Assembly: GCA_051941275.1 (NCBI GenBank)
Contig: JAVEBF010000015.1
Location: forward strand, 1-55,934
From: Dirinaria sp. TL-2023a
Lineage: Eukaryota
Length of the DNA stretch: 55,934 bases
Direction of reading: 5' to 3'
Below, piece after piece: positions 38,649 to 51,139 of the stretch. Position numbers and translations under genes: made by a program. Under the pieces are notes generated by a model. That model ran no database searches and had not been told where the DNA came from. It was given only the letters and a program-made list of their open reading frames with translations. Each line of letters opens with the position of its first letter. Within the stretch, counting starts at the first letter, position 1.

Positions 38649-38990
38649 AGTATTAAGAATTTGGAGGCAGTAATAGGCGAAAGCGGGTCGGGGAGAGGCC
38701 GGTGTGCCACTGGAACAGGGTGGTGTGCCGGCTGCGATTTCCTGAATAAAGATCGCCTAAAGTACCCAAGATACGGAGTAGGTTGCGGAACAACTAACAG
38801 GTATTTAAGTACTTTCTCTAGGCAACGATAGTACTGATACTAGAAATCAATCATATTTATTAGGTTACGCCTAGATAACGCCTAACGCCAATGCCTACCC
38901 ACGGTTCACCTAATGGAAAAAGCCAGTAGAATCTTATCCCTACCAAGAGACCAGACACAGCTAGCAGCTGAGAGCCGTCGTATGCACCAG

Positions 38991-40240
38991 TCATCCAGCT
39001 AGTGATCGAGTGATCTTAAAGGAAAATTGCTCCTCCAGTGATGACTGAACGTCATCACCCCACCATGCGTACTGGGTAGCGCGGACTGTCGTGATAGTTA
39101 CTTGACCTGTACTTTCATCTCTGGTTTCGCTATCAACAAATAGGACGTTGTCTTCAGTGATCTCACTCCAATGCTCCAGTTTCGAGATGCGTTTGTTGTG
39201 GTTATGGCACGTGTCACCAATAACCAATTGCCGCCTCTCAAGGTGGCGTATATCTTTCGGTAGACTTTTTGTGCCACGTCTTGAGTGCCACACAAGCTGC
39301 TTCCACTCGTTGCCAAACGGGACAACTGCCAGATTCGCTTGTTTTATCAGTGAGTTTGGTACAGACATCTCAACGATACAGGTCGAGTGGATGCTCTCTC
39401 TTCTTTTGGCGTACTTGCAATAACGTTCTGCAACACTCCTTTCAGTAGTAAAGTAAAAGACGGCGCCGGGGCGCCCGACAAAATCCGTGGGGGGAGTAGA
39501 AGCAAGGCGGGATATATCAATGTCATTCGCTGCTGGGTTCATTGGCTGAGTACGCCAAACATCCACGCCTTTGTATAAAGTTGTCGCTCCAGGAGTTCGA
39601 TCCATATACGGTGTGGGCTCTGGCAGTCTCCCTCCCCTAAGATGAGTGGGAGAGGGGGGTTGCAACGGGTATTGGGCGCCTAAGCGTCGCTTCGCTTCCA
39701 TTCCTTGCCTAATTTCATGTGATTGCTGTTTGGCTAGACGTTTGATTGACAACAAAGTATGCCATGCGGTTTCTATTGTGTCCATGATCCAGAACTTGGC
39801 TGTAGCCGTGGTACGTATATCTGCGAACTCTTCTGCAAGTATGGCTTGGCGTAAGTCATCTTTTACTCCCCAGCTCTCATGACACCGTCCCAATCATCTT
39901 CCAGACCTTCAGCATCGTTGTCGAACCGGGCCAATTGTTCTATGGTCGTATCGACGAATTCCAGCGGCCAATCCCTTGGACGGGTGACCCAATCTTCCCA
40001 CTGCATCTTGGCTGCTTCTTCTGTAAATCCGATCCATTGCAATGCCTGCACGCTGACGATAAACTCGGGAATAGCGATTTTCTGGTGGACGTCCACAGCA
40101 GAGTCACCCGAATCGCCGCCGGAAGACGACGTGTAGATGGTCGTAGATGCAATTTTTCGGATGCCGTTTGTGGCCGGCGATAGCAAACCCCACTCCTCAA
40201 GGATAGGAATATCTTCAGTATCAACAGTATTGGAGTCCAT
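38991..40240 (-). pseudogene. Frameshifted gene with C-terminal putative ADP-ribosyltransferase-fold (DUF3990-like) domain
   Basis: ATG 40240 (MDSNTVDTED). The two ORFs join as DDWDGVMRA/xGVKDDLRQAIL with a 1-nt slip at ~39870. C-terminal motifs: LYKG, TDF..AVFYFTTERSVAERY, EWKQLVWHSR, LVIGD, QYAW. Confidence 0.6.
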
Positions 40241-41602
40241 CTTGACCGAAAAATTGCTGGCCAAAATAAAGCTGGTGGATTGGCTGAAGTTGAGTAGAGA
40301 AACCGGCATACTTTTTTTGGAACGCAAGCAAACAGCCTGCTTTATGATGTGATGCAGACTTTTTAACGAATTGGAAGTCCGACAAGGATGCAAGAAGGTG
40401 ACTGACGGGATATTTTGCTCGGCTGTTGAGATGGAAAATTGTCGCAGACTTAGTTTCTAGTAGAATCGAATGACCCAGAGAATATTCAACGAATACCTCG
40501 GCCTTGGCCCGCTGTCGTGGATGCTGAATATTGTCAAAGAAAAGATAATCAGAAAAGTAGTAGAGAAGGCCAATATGCGGTGCTCCGTTACTTGATATAT
40601 GTCTCGGTATGAGCAAAAAGGAGTATGATGAGTCTTAAAATTCCACTGGTGCAGCCTTATGATAAGGCTAACTGCGTTTTCAACGCCTGATCCCAACAAT
40701 GCCAAAGATTGTTGAGATATGGAAATCTTCCTACATATCTCAACTCCTTTAATTTCAATCCATGCCCTCTCGACTTTCGGAGGCTTGAACCACGGCTACA
40801 GAACTTTGGGAGATTTTTTTTTTTTTTTTGTGAGTAAGCTATAAGATATAGACAGTATATATGGATGGCCTAATATATATGAACTGGGTAAGAATAGGCA
40901 AATAGAGAGTATAAGAACAGGAATCTTGCTTGATAGAAGAGGAATAGGGTGGAACGAATTGCGGCGATGCTATCCAGCATGACTTTATAAGTACCCGAGA
41001 AAGTCTCGGATTCATTCACTAAGCCTCTCATTGCCTCACTACTCACTCCCATCTAATAATCACTTCACACCCCTTCCATGTCTCGAATTCAAGTATCTTC
41101 GCGTTGAGAGATTATTTATATTTCAATTTCTTGATTGTGAATTAAGGGAAGGTTGTATCGAGATCTTATTCTACTACCTACCTTACGGAATAAGTCCAGT
41201 TGTTGAGATAGACCCTGTGGTTGGAACGAGATGTGTGGTAAGGGTTTTTTTTTACTGTCTTGGTATCTCCTCGAGCCCGCAGCTTGTAGTGTCGAGATGA
41301 GATATGTCGAGACAAGAAGAATAGATGACGAATCGTGTTACACTAGTCGATGATACTACATTGATTCTTTAAGATACTACAATGGGTCATAGTAACACTA
41401 TAGTAAAGACATCTAAATATACAGGGTGCCACCCATTTCGTTACTCGTGAGAATTACTCTTACTCCTATAGCCCGCCGTGGATCTGTATGTGTGTATCTT
41501 CTCTCCTTCCTTCTCTCGACACGCCACGTCTGCTACTAATAAAACAACAGAATATACACACCACATCACGCCATTTCTCGGCCACGTATTAGTGCTTCGC
41601 CC

Positions 41603-44600
41603 TCAACGAAGAGCGAACATCCTTTTAAAACCGGAGCCTACCTTGCCCAAGGCCCCGCCACTTCGCGCCGGACTTCTCTCTTCTCTCCACCTCCTCTCGC
41701 TTCCGCGGCTGCTGCCGCTTGCTTTCTCCTTCCGCCGCCTCTCCCTGCCATCTTTTTCGCTAGGCCCATCGCGCACCCTACTGCGCTCGGAATCCTCTTT
41801 CAGCCGCCTCCTTTCTTCTCTTCTTCTTTTCCTTGCTTCTTCTTCTTCTGCCTCCTCTTTCGCGTGCTGTTCCCGGACCCGACGGCGTTCTTCGCGTCTG
41901 GCTTGATGATCCGCTTCTGCCTTGTCAGTTCGAGTTTCATCTCTATGTCGGCGTTTATGGCCACTGTCTGTAGCGTGGCGAGTCCCGCGCGGCCGTTCTA
42001 TTTCGCGTCCGCCTTTGTCATTGATACGAAGGCCAATCTTGGTATCGCTCTCAGCTTTAAGCCCATCGAATAACTTCGGCCTTAAATTTTTATTGCTTGT
42101 ATCCTTAGAGCTCTTGCTTCGGCTGGCACTAGGTCTGCTCTCGGAGTGTTTGGACGAGCGTGCTTTTTTTTCTTTCATCATCTCTTCGAGGGTTTTGGCG
42201 GTCGAGCTGCTGACATTGCTATCCCGACGTTTCCGCTCGGGTCGCGGGCCTGCTTCCGAGGACTTGCTAGGGGACGCCTTCGTTGAATGCCTCCGTTCGC
42301 GCTCCCAGCCGGAGTGACGTCGGCGCTGCTTGGAGGACGTGGGCGATGGAGGTATTTCAGCACTAGGCTCCTCGGAGATTGGCGCAGTTTCGGGCTCTGG
42401 TAAAGACTCTTCAATTGGTGCGGCGGCTTCTTCTGGTACTTGGTCTGTGACAGGGGGTAAATTTTCAATGGGATCAGTCTTCTCTTCCATCGGGGTTTCA
42501 GGCGCTTTGTCTTCCACTACAGGAGGCTGCTCACTATTGGCCGCTTCTTCGACTGTATCTGCCTTGTCTGCGGCAGACGAGTCTTCGAAATTTTCAGGTA
42601 GCACAGCACCTTCGTTCTTCTCCAGCTTCTCGTCTGTATCGACAGGGATCGGGACTTCGACATTTTCTGATGGCCCGGCGTCTTCAACCTTCTCCAGCTT
42701 GTCGTCTGCATCGACAGCAGCAACATCACCGATACCCCCATCTTTATCCTCAGCCTTATCCTCAGCGAAAGCTTTATCCTCATCCTTAGATACTTCCCCA
42801 ACAGTCTCCTCAGCCAGATTCCCACCCGAATTTTCATCAGGTTGATCTGCCTGAGTTGTCTGCCCAGTAGGAGCGCTTTCATCTTTGGAATTTGTTTCTT
42901 CGCCTTGGGCTTTTTCGATCTCTCCATCTACTGCAGTCTGCTCTACGTTGTCTGACCCAGCCACTGCATCGTCGGTCACAGGGGGGCTGTCCTGCTTCTC
43001 TTCGGCCTTGTCCGTCTCTGCTGAGTCTACCGGTGCTGAGTCTGCAGGATTATTTTCAATACTTTCCTCCTGCGGCTGCTGTTTCTCTTCAGAAGTCTCA
43101 ACTTGCTCCGATACTTGTTCAGAACCCGTCTGCTCTAATACCGGTGCCGAGCTTGCAGGATTGTTGTCAGTCTTTTCCTCTTGCGGATCCTCTTTGTCTT
43201 GAGAAGCCTCGGCTTGCTCCGGTGCTGAATCTGCAGGCTTGTCTTCAAGAATACTTTCCTCTTGAGGATTCTCTTTCTCTTGAGAAGTCTCGACTTGCTC
43301 CGATACCGGCGCTGGACTTGCAGGATTGCCCTCAGTACTTTCCTCTTGCGGGTCCTCTTTCTCTTGAGACGCCTCTACTTGCTCCGGTGCCGAATCTGCA
43401 GGCTTGTCTTCAGTGCTTTCCTCTTGAGGGTTGTTTTCCTCTTGAGAAGTCTCGACTTGCTCCGGTGCTGAATCTGCAGTCTTGTCTTCAGTGCTTTCCT
43501 CTTGAGGGTTGTTCTCCTCTTGAGAAGTCTCGACTTGCTCCGGTGCTGAATCTGCAGTCTTGTCTTCAGTACTTTCCTCTTGAGGGTCCTGTTTCTCTTG
43601 AGAAGTCTCGACTTGCTCCGGTGCTTGTTCAGAAGCCGTCTGCTCTGATGTTGGAGCTGACTCTGCAGGATTGTCTTCAATACTTTCCTCGTGTGGTTGT
43701 TCCTTCTCTTGAGAAGTTTCGACCTGCTCCGATGCTTGTTCAGAAGTCGTCTGCTCTGATACGGGAACTAACTCTGCAGGATTGCCTTCAACACTTCCCT
43801 CTTGCGGTTGCTCTTTCTCTTGAGAAGCCTCGGACTGCTCGGCCGGCGGCGCCGTACCTGGTTCTTCTGGCTTTTCTGCTTTATCAAGATCGGGTTTGGG
43901 CTCCTCCTCAGAGCCAGCGGGAAGGCTTTCATTAACATCTGGCGGTGGCGCCTCTGGTGACTCTGGCTCTGTAGGGGCTGCGTCCGGTGGCGCTGCATCC
44001 GTTGAAGGAGCCTCTGATTGTTGTGTTGCAGTAGAGCTCTCGGCAGGAGGGTCAAGAATTGGCGGTGCTTCACTTGGTGGGTCAGGCGCCGCAGGCGGGA
44101 CTGGTGTTGAATCAACCACGGAGGGCTTTGATTCTTTGGTCTGCCCTGGTCCCGTTGCTTTTGTGTTCGTTCTGGCTTTTGATTTTTTATTTTTTTCCGC
44201 TTTCTTCTTGGGCGAATTTCCCTTTCCCCCTTTCGATTTCTTTGATTTACCTGATTTGGATTGAGCCGCTGGTAATGTCTGTGCTTCAGTGGTAGATACT
44301 GGCGCATCGGCATTTGCTTCTTCACACGGTTGCTCAGCTAGGGCTGAGTCAATGACTGGCGGCTCGCCCGGGTCAGCGGGAGCTATATCATCTTTCGGCT
44401 CAGCAGCTGGCTCGGCGATCTCAGTAGATGGCTGGTTTTCCGCCTAAAGATGATTTAGTATAATATTAAATCCAGATTTGATAACCAAGAATGAAAAAGC
44501 GTTAGAGAGCGAAAAATTGCAGAGATCAATTGCGGTCTTTGCATATTGTGAAAATACAAGCATGGGGAACCACTGGCGCTGCACCGTCTTCACTTTGCTG

Positions 44601-45630
44601 CCACACCGCCCTGCTCACTTCTCGTTTTTACCTATCAATGCCTCCGGCCTATCATGCCTCAGTATTAAGCTTATCCGTTGCTTTTCTCTGGCAGGACGCG
44701 AGTGCCAAGCAAAGACGTTCTAAAGAAATAACGCTGGCCTGATTCGCCTCGAAAATGCTACTGGCAAATAGATAAATCGTGAAAGGTTGAAGAAGTTGGA
44801 AGAAAAACTAAAGGAGTTGATAGATGAAAACGAAGAGTGCAGAGCGTGGTGTGCAGCAAAGTGAAGGTGGCATGGCGCTAGTGGTTCCCTAAGTATATTC
44901 CCACGACTTAAAGAAGAGCACAGCTTGACGTGGCCAACGAATGTATGCCCATCGCCAGGTTGGTGAATTGGTGGTGATATCTTCAAGTGTGGAGTAAATG
45001 AGGTAGAAAGAGCGGACAGTGGAAAACATGCATGAAGGAGAATCAGAAAAAGGCAAGATTTACCGGTGGGCTTACTGGCGCTTCTGGGGTATCTGCGGAA
45101 CCTTCGTCGTTCTCTACGCCGTCGCTCCCCACGCCTGGTTCAATGGGTGGAAAGTCAGGCTCCTTAGCCTCCGCTGATTCTGTGTGACCGGCAGGATCAC
45201 CGTCCGCATTGTCTGCTGGCTCTACATCCTCCGCATTTGCATCCGAGGTTTCTTGTGACTGGGAAGGAGGCTCAGGTGGAGGATCTGGCGTGTCCTCGCC
45301 AGCTCCGCCCTCTTCTGGCGTCTCGGTCGTCTCAGCGTTTTCACCGCCCTTCTCTTCGGCTAGGTCTGCACCTGTCTATTCGTTACCGACTGGTGAGTAC
45401 AGCAGTGAGAGTTGCTAACCATCTTCATTGCTGGAGGCAGCCTCTCCCCCTGCTTCTGGCTCATCCGCTTTCTCAGCAGCGGGATCTGATTTCTCGTTCT
45501 CAGGAGGGTCTTTGGGTGCCGGTCGAGGGTTATAAACGTCGATGACTGGGTGCTTGGTAAACTTCAGACTCTTTGTATCGAACGTCGCATAGCAGTATGG
45601 TGGCGGGTCAGCATAAGCAAATCCAGCCAT
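41603..45630 (-). CDS. Large acidic low-complexity repeat protein with basic C-terminus (probable exons 45420-45630, 45064-45371, 41603-44443)
   Basis: ATG 45630 (MAGFAYADPPPY). Plausible GT-AG introns keep the frame. E/P/S-rich body with an R/E/K-rich tail. The 5' exon model is tentative. Confidence 0.7.
43050..43840 (-). repeat. Coding minisatellite, 78-bp core unit (EQVETSQEENNPQEESTEDKTADSAP), about 9 variable copies
   Basis: cttgagaagtctcgacttgctccgg recurs at 78-bp spacing (43441, 43519), with longer variants on either side. Confidence 0.85.
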
Positions 45631-46668
45631 TCTCGGTCAACGTCTGCGGGTCGTCGTCCACAGTATGAAATCCGAATGGCAGCAGACGTCTCTTTGTAGG
45701 TGTTTTACCCATGTAAGCGCGCTAATTTTCAATTGGACCGATGCTGAGAGAGAGGGGATAAGACGGATGGTCGGTGGAAATGATCATCCCCAAAATACCG
45801 ACTGCCAAAAAAAAGCAAATCATCTTCCAAAATCCCAAGCAATTTCTGGATGTAAAAGAAAAAAGCTGTCTAACGCATGTGAGAAAGAGGATCGAGGGCA
45901 GCATATCCCGTTCCAAGACCAAGCCGGGGAACCAACAAAATGAGATGCATCCCACAGTCCATCACCATCTTTTCAACGATAGAAAGCACGGGCGTGGACT
46001 CGTTAATGGGCATGGGCCAATCATTGGAAGTGCCTTGGCGGGTGGAGCCACGTCAATTGGCAAGCGTCAGAAGACGTAGGTAGCCGGCTACTAAGCTGGT
46101 CACGGTGCAGAAGTACGAGGGTCATCTTGACGATATGTCGAGAGTCAGACTGGTTCCGAGTGGAGCCTTACTCTTGCATGGTACGTCAGTCTTATGCAGC
46201 ATGCTGCGATTGCTGCCCAAGACCAGAAGGTGTCCCACGTTGACGGTTCTCAACGCGATTCTTCTTATTCTTGCTTAGCGAGCCAAAGACCGTTCAGAGC
46301 CCATTTGCACGAGGTGCTTAAAGTGAATTTTGGATTGAGGCAACCAATGCCTTAATTTGATGGAAATAGCACATATACCATGGTTGGTGGAATTGGGATT
46401 GAAGCGACGTGAGTCTGTACTCTGGCTCTCTGGTACGGAATAATGGCAACACGAGCGGACGGGCGGATCCGCCTCGGCAAACCATCGGGCCGTACAAGTA
46501 CGCTTGGCGCTTTTCCCCTTTTCAACCCAACCCGAAGGCCATACATTGATTGTTGAGGCTTGAGCATACGGTACAGGTTGCTTCACAGTCCCACAAGATG
46601 CACGAGGGAGTGTTTGGACTGGCTGCTGATGGTTTCAAAACGACAAACCCCTATCTAAGCAGTTGCAG

Positions 46669-48432
46669 TCATTTGAACTGATCTTCCGTAACACCAGTCC
46701 CCATCGCTGCCGTCGAGCTAATCCCACCCGTCAACATTTTCAGCATATTGTCAATGTAATTAGCACCTGACCATTTCTGGTGCTTGACGACATCAATTTT
46801 CGCCTCGATCTCTGGCTCCTGCACCAGCTCCCCGTAAGCTCGCATCCCATCTTTGGCGAAAGCTCTCGAGAATTGATCGGAGATGAGCGCGGAGGTATGC
46901 AGCCCAGCCAGAGTGATGAACTGCCAGCAATAGCCGAGCTTGGCAAGCCGTTTGATGTACGTTAATTGCTCTTCTTGTGGCATCGCGGACTTCCAATTGA
47001 AGGAAGGCGAAAGATTATACACAAGTCTGCACGTTCGTCAGCAAAAGGGGTATAGGAGTGCAGCGTGGACCTACTTCTGTTCTGGCCAGATTGCATGCAC
47101 TCCATTTGCAAACTCCTCCGCCTGTTTGAAGTCGGGTAATCTACTCTCCATCCAAATGAGGTCGGTATAAGGTGCGTACGCAATGGCTCGATTGATTGCG
47201 CACCCGCACCCCCCTCTATAGCGGTAGTAGCCTTCTCGAGTCCGTGGCGAGTCCCAGTCCCAGTGAATGTCAATGCCAGTCAAGCCTTTAGCGATGGCTC
47301 TCGCCTCCGAATTGCTCTTGCACTGGACCGCAGCCTGGTACTGCCTGGTCAAGCCCGGCTTATCAACATGTACACCAGCATTGATCGTTTCCTCGACAGC
47401 TTCGTCAAAGAGCTTTAGGCCCGATTGAGCCATCCATTGATCTTCGATAGCTTGCAATGCTTCTCCACTTTTACCGCTTTGCTCAGCCGTTACCATAAGA
47501 TCATTGAGGGGCTGAAGAGCGGGATTCGTGACTCCCAAGATGAATCCATGGTCACGATGGTCGATTGTTGATGTAATTAGAGTGGCGGCCTCCGAGTCTG
47601 TACGTGCTATTGCGAGAAGGTCCGTACCCATGATATCGGCTTGGGCTCGGATAGCGACCAAGCGATTGATATGCTCACTAATCGGTACCAAGACTTTACC
47701 GGCCATGTGCCCACACTTCTTTGTCCCAGGCGCCTGATCCTCGATATGGACCCCAGCAGCTCCATTCTCAATGAAAAGCTTGGTAAGCTTCATGATTGCC
47801 GTGAGTCCGCCATGGCCGGTGTCAGCGTCTGCAATTATTGGTCGAAGGAAGTCCGTGTTTGGGATCTTGCTGCGGTTGGCTTTGGGGGTGCTCATGCGCT
47901 CTTCACGCTGCTTACGGTCGTGGAAGAGTTGAGCCAGGAAGAGTTGGTGAACTTTATTTGGAACAGTGTTCTTAAAGACTTAGTAGGCTTGATCAAGGGC
48001 GGATGATGATGGGGAGCGTACGTAAGGGTAGTCTGCAAGATCGGGCGAAGGCTCGTCCGTCGACGAAGCAGTCGATGAGCATTGCCAGCCTGACACGTAT
48101 ACTGTGTCCAGGTATTTGGCCATCTGTGTAAGCATCGTAGGTTCCAAGCAGCCGTATGTGATGCTAGCGTCGCCGTTCTACAATCAAGCGGCTCAGTCAA
48201 AGCTATAGCTCTTGGCTAGGAGCCTTACCTTGAATCTTCCCTCAAAGATCTGCCACAATTTCTGGCTCAGATTATTGCTCGGATACTGAATATTCAAGTT
48301 CCCTCTCTTCGCAACAATCTGTTCAGCTGTGAACGGCCGCTTAGTGTACCTCCATCTCGAGTCGCTCCACCACCGCTTCACCGCTTTGACATCCTCTTCG
48401 AAAAGCTGGTCCTCTTGATCTTCGACAGCCAT
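46669..48432 (-). CDS. ICL1: Isocitrate lyase (multi-exon)
   Basis: Catalytic [44 protein letters not shown] (ICL rather than methylisocitrate lyase type) and C-terminal GVTEDQFK. Probable ATG 48432. Confidence 0.95.
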
Positions 48433-49180
48433 TGGAAGAGCGTAGTGGAAAGGTTCTTTGCCTGCCAGATTTGCTGCTATGAGTTCCACGGTCCACACTA
48501 GTTTCAATAGGCTCAAGAAGCTGTAATATCATGTCCTCGATTATACTCGCACGACCGGAGGAGGTCGCAGGCTTTTGACGGCATTGGCTTGGAAAGAGCC
48601 GACCATGTGCGTCGTCCAGACCGAGGTATGATGTGTGAATGAGCATGTTGTAAGGCTGTTAGCTTTGGCACGACACTCTGAACCGCCGGGTTAATGGGAG
48701 AATGTGTTTGAAGGATAGAGCCTGGCTGGTGGGGGGTCAAATGGAGCTCGATAGTGTGACGGATCTAAGGAGCTACTGAAGCCTTGGCGTTCATTCGAGC
48801 TCTACCTTGCAGGAAATACCTTATACCACCAACGCTTAGTCACACTACCAACTTCGACAACATACAGCAATGCGGTCATTACCCTTAACTACCTTTATAA
48901 TTACATATGCACCAGTACTATAGAGAAGACTCGAACTTTCACAACGAGATCTCTAAGGTACCCCTCGACCTTTTATCTTTAGGGTTCAGTTTGACCCTAG
49001 ATACCTTGACCTCGGCACGCTTAGCGCCTCTCCTCGGTCTCTTCCTTCACATGCTTTTGCGATCTGCCGGAAAATCATCCATCCGATCTGTACAGTCGAA
49101 GTACAGTATTGCTCCAATGCTTCAGCAAAGTAGCGTTCGGGACATTGAGACAGCCCACCGTGAGCTTCGGCATAAGAAGT

Positions 49181-50095
49181 ATGGAGGAGCTACGCACAAG
49201 GCACGTCCGGGAGCGAAGAGATCTTCAATCCCGAATCACCCAGAAAAAGAAGTCCGCTACAAAGAAAACGCGCAAAGGCATTAACGACGAATGTGCCGAG
49301 CTTGAAAGGCAGCTAAAAGAAAGACAGGACGCAGAAATAGCTGTAATCAGTGGTGAACGTCAATCTGAGAATGGCGATGAGTATGACCATTTGGGAAGCG
49401 GTGTAGAATTTGTGCAAGAGGAACCAGCGAACAATCTCAATGGCTCCGGGAAATCCGTTCCAGTCTCACATAGCAAGGCACCAAATGGCCAGATCAAGAA
49501 ACCCAACCGACAGAAGGCCAGACTTGCTCGTCGAGCCGCTGAGCAGGAAGCAGTAACCGAACAGGCCGCCAAGGAAGCAGAAGATCTCCCCAATCTGCGC
49601 GCCAAAGAAACTGAGGACATGCGTCAAGAGTTTCTAAAGTATGGGCTTAAGGAGCAAGAGATCCGTTCAGATGGCCATTGCCTGTACGCTGCGGTCGCGG
49701 ACCAATTGGCTGATAATGAAATCGACGTGAAACCGAACAACCATATCGAAGGACTCAATTACGACTCTCTAGCTTCGCAAGCCACCTATAAAGGTACTCG
49801 GGAGGTTGCAGCGTCATACATTGCAGCTAATGCGGAAGATTTCGCGCCTTTTCTCGAGGAACCCCTGGACCAGTATGTGCAGACTATCAGAGATACGGGT
49901 GAGTGGGGAGGGCATGTTGAGCTACTTGCATTGGCGAGAGCATATGGTAGGAATATCAATGTCCTGCATAGCTCCGGTAACATCGATACAATCGATTGTG
50001 GATCCGAGACACAAACCCATCCATTTTGGCTCTCATACTACAAGCATAATTTTGGGCTTGGGGAGCATTATAACTCATTGCATAGAAGCCCTTAA
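49181..50095 (+). CDS. OTU2: OTU-domain deubiquitinase (Otu2/OTUD6B-like)
   Basis: N-terminal RHxxExRDLQSRIT coiled coil; catalytic SDGHCLY, WGGHVEL and YYKHxFGLGEHYNSL. ATG 49181. Confidence 0.92.
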   Translation: MEELRTRHVRERRDLQSRITQKKKSATKKTRKGINDECAELERQLKERQDAEIAVISGERQSENGDEYDHLGSGVEFVQEEPANNLNGSGKSVPVSHSKAPNGQIKKPNRQKARLARRAAEQEAVTEQAAKEAEDLPNLRAKETEDMRQEFLKYGLKEQEIRSDGHCLYAAVADQLADNEIDVKPNNHIEGLNYDSLASQATYKGTREVAASYIAANAEDFAPFLEEPLDQYVQTIRDTGEWGGHVELLALARAYGRNINVLHSSGNIDTIDCGSETQTHPFWLSYYKHNFGLGEHYNSLHRSP

Positions 50096-50179
50096 GAAAC
50101 CGCTTTTCGGAAGAGTTCATTGCTACACGTGCTTGCCAAGCTGGAACCTCCGACGCCTGTGAAGACCACTTGCAGTGTC

Positions 50180-51139
50180 TCATCCCTTTCGTTTGGGATG
50201 CTTCTGTCGCCAGACAGATATCCAATCTGTGCCTTTTCCAACCTCATGTGTTCTTTCGGGCTGCCAATGCGCTACTCTCTCAAAAGCTGCAGATTCCTTT
50301 TCTTCGATGGCTACCTCTAATAGATGGCCCGTATCGTCATAAGGAACCACCTCTCCTGGTTGAGTCAAATGTGCGAGATATACTTCAGGTGGTAGGGCAA
50401 ACGGTGGACCGCCCGTTGAAGGGTCCTTGTATGTTGGGAATTCTACACAGACCAGATTGCTGTCCGGCGCGGGACGCAGTAACTCATACATCCGTAATGA
50501 CCAAGCCGGTCGTAGAGACGGAGGAAGAGCTGAAAGAAACTACAGCCAAAGTCAGTAAAGCAAGTGATCATACTCATGTTACTGGGTAGATCTATCAGGC
50601 AGCAACCCGAACAAGCTTGCGTGTACCGTGTAATCATAGATGAGGTCGAATGTAGCTTCCTCTTCTACTGCTTGCACCCAGTCGTCTCCGAAAAAGTCGC
50701 CTTGCAGGAAAACCACTTTGCCTGCACCTACAGAAGTATCGCTGGCTCGATACTTGTGCGCATTGATTTCCTGCTCCTTTTTGGCCATCGTTATCGCACT
50801 CTCGCTGACTTCAAGACCATATGCATCGTATCCAAAGCTTGCTAGAAGTAGTACATCATACCCTCTTCCACAGCCAGGCACCAGAGCTCTCTTTCGACGC
50901 CTGCCACCTCGTTCATTGATCCCATCATCGATTGTGCTGGGTCCTATTAAATCCTGTCGACCCGAGAGCAAGTCCACCAGCGCAGGGTTAGGGATCCCGC
51001 GGTCCCATGGCAAGAAATCGCCTTTGTCCCACAAATTGGACCACCGGTTCTGGTGCTGTGCAGTGTGACCTGCAAAGTGCTCCAGCAACCGCGCTCGCGC
51101 ATCGTTTTCCTGATCTCTCGTCATATCCGCCATTACCAT
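50180..51139 (-). CDS. SAM-dependent thiol/halide methyltransferase (TPMT-like), with intron near 50545-50625
   Basis: LPWDRGIPNPAL, ALVPGCGRGYDV, GDFF, DLIYDYT/FLSALPP, CVEFP..GGPPF, PERTHEVG. Confidence 0.88.

Noticed and set aside
11000..41000. Starship giant transposon
   Set aside because: No DUF3435 tyrosine-recombinase gene or element boundaries were recognised; kept only as a hypothesis.
43050..43840. Regularly spaced repeats resembling a CRISPR array
   Set aside because: Eukaryotic context; the units are in-frame coding repeats without unique spacers, and there are no cas genes.
42892..43935. 347-aa + strand repeat ORF and other antisense ORFs over real genes
   Set aside because: These are shadows of the repetitive or codon-biased genes on the opposite strand.
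48341..48740. Upstream ORFs or an N-terminal extension of ICL1 (mitochondrial methylisocitrate lyase)
   Set aside because: The in-frame extension starts at TTG, and WQFIT plus TEDQFK fit ordinary ICL. The out-of-frame ATG at 48646 cannot be placed in the transcript without data.
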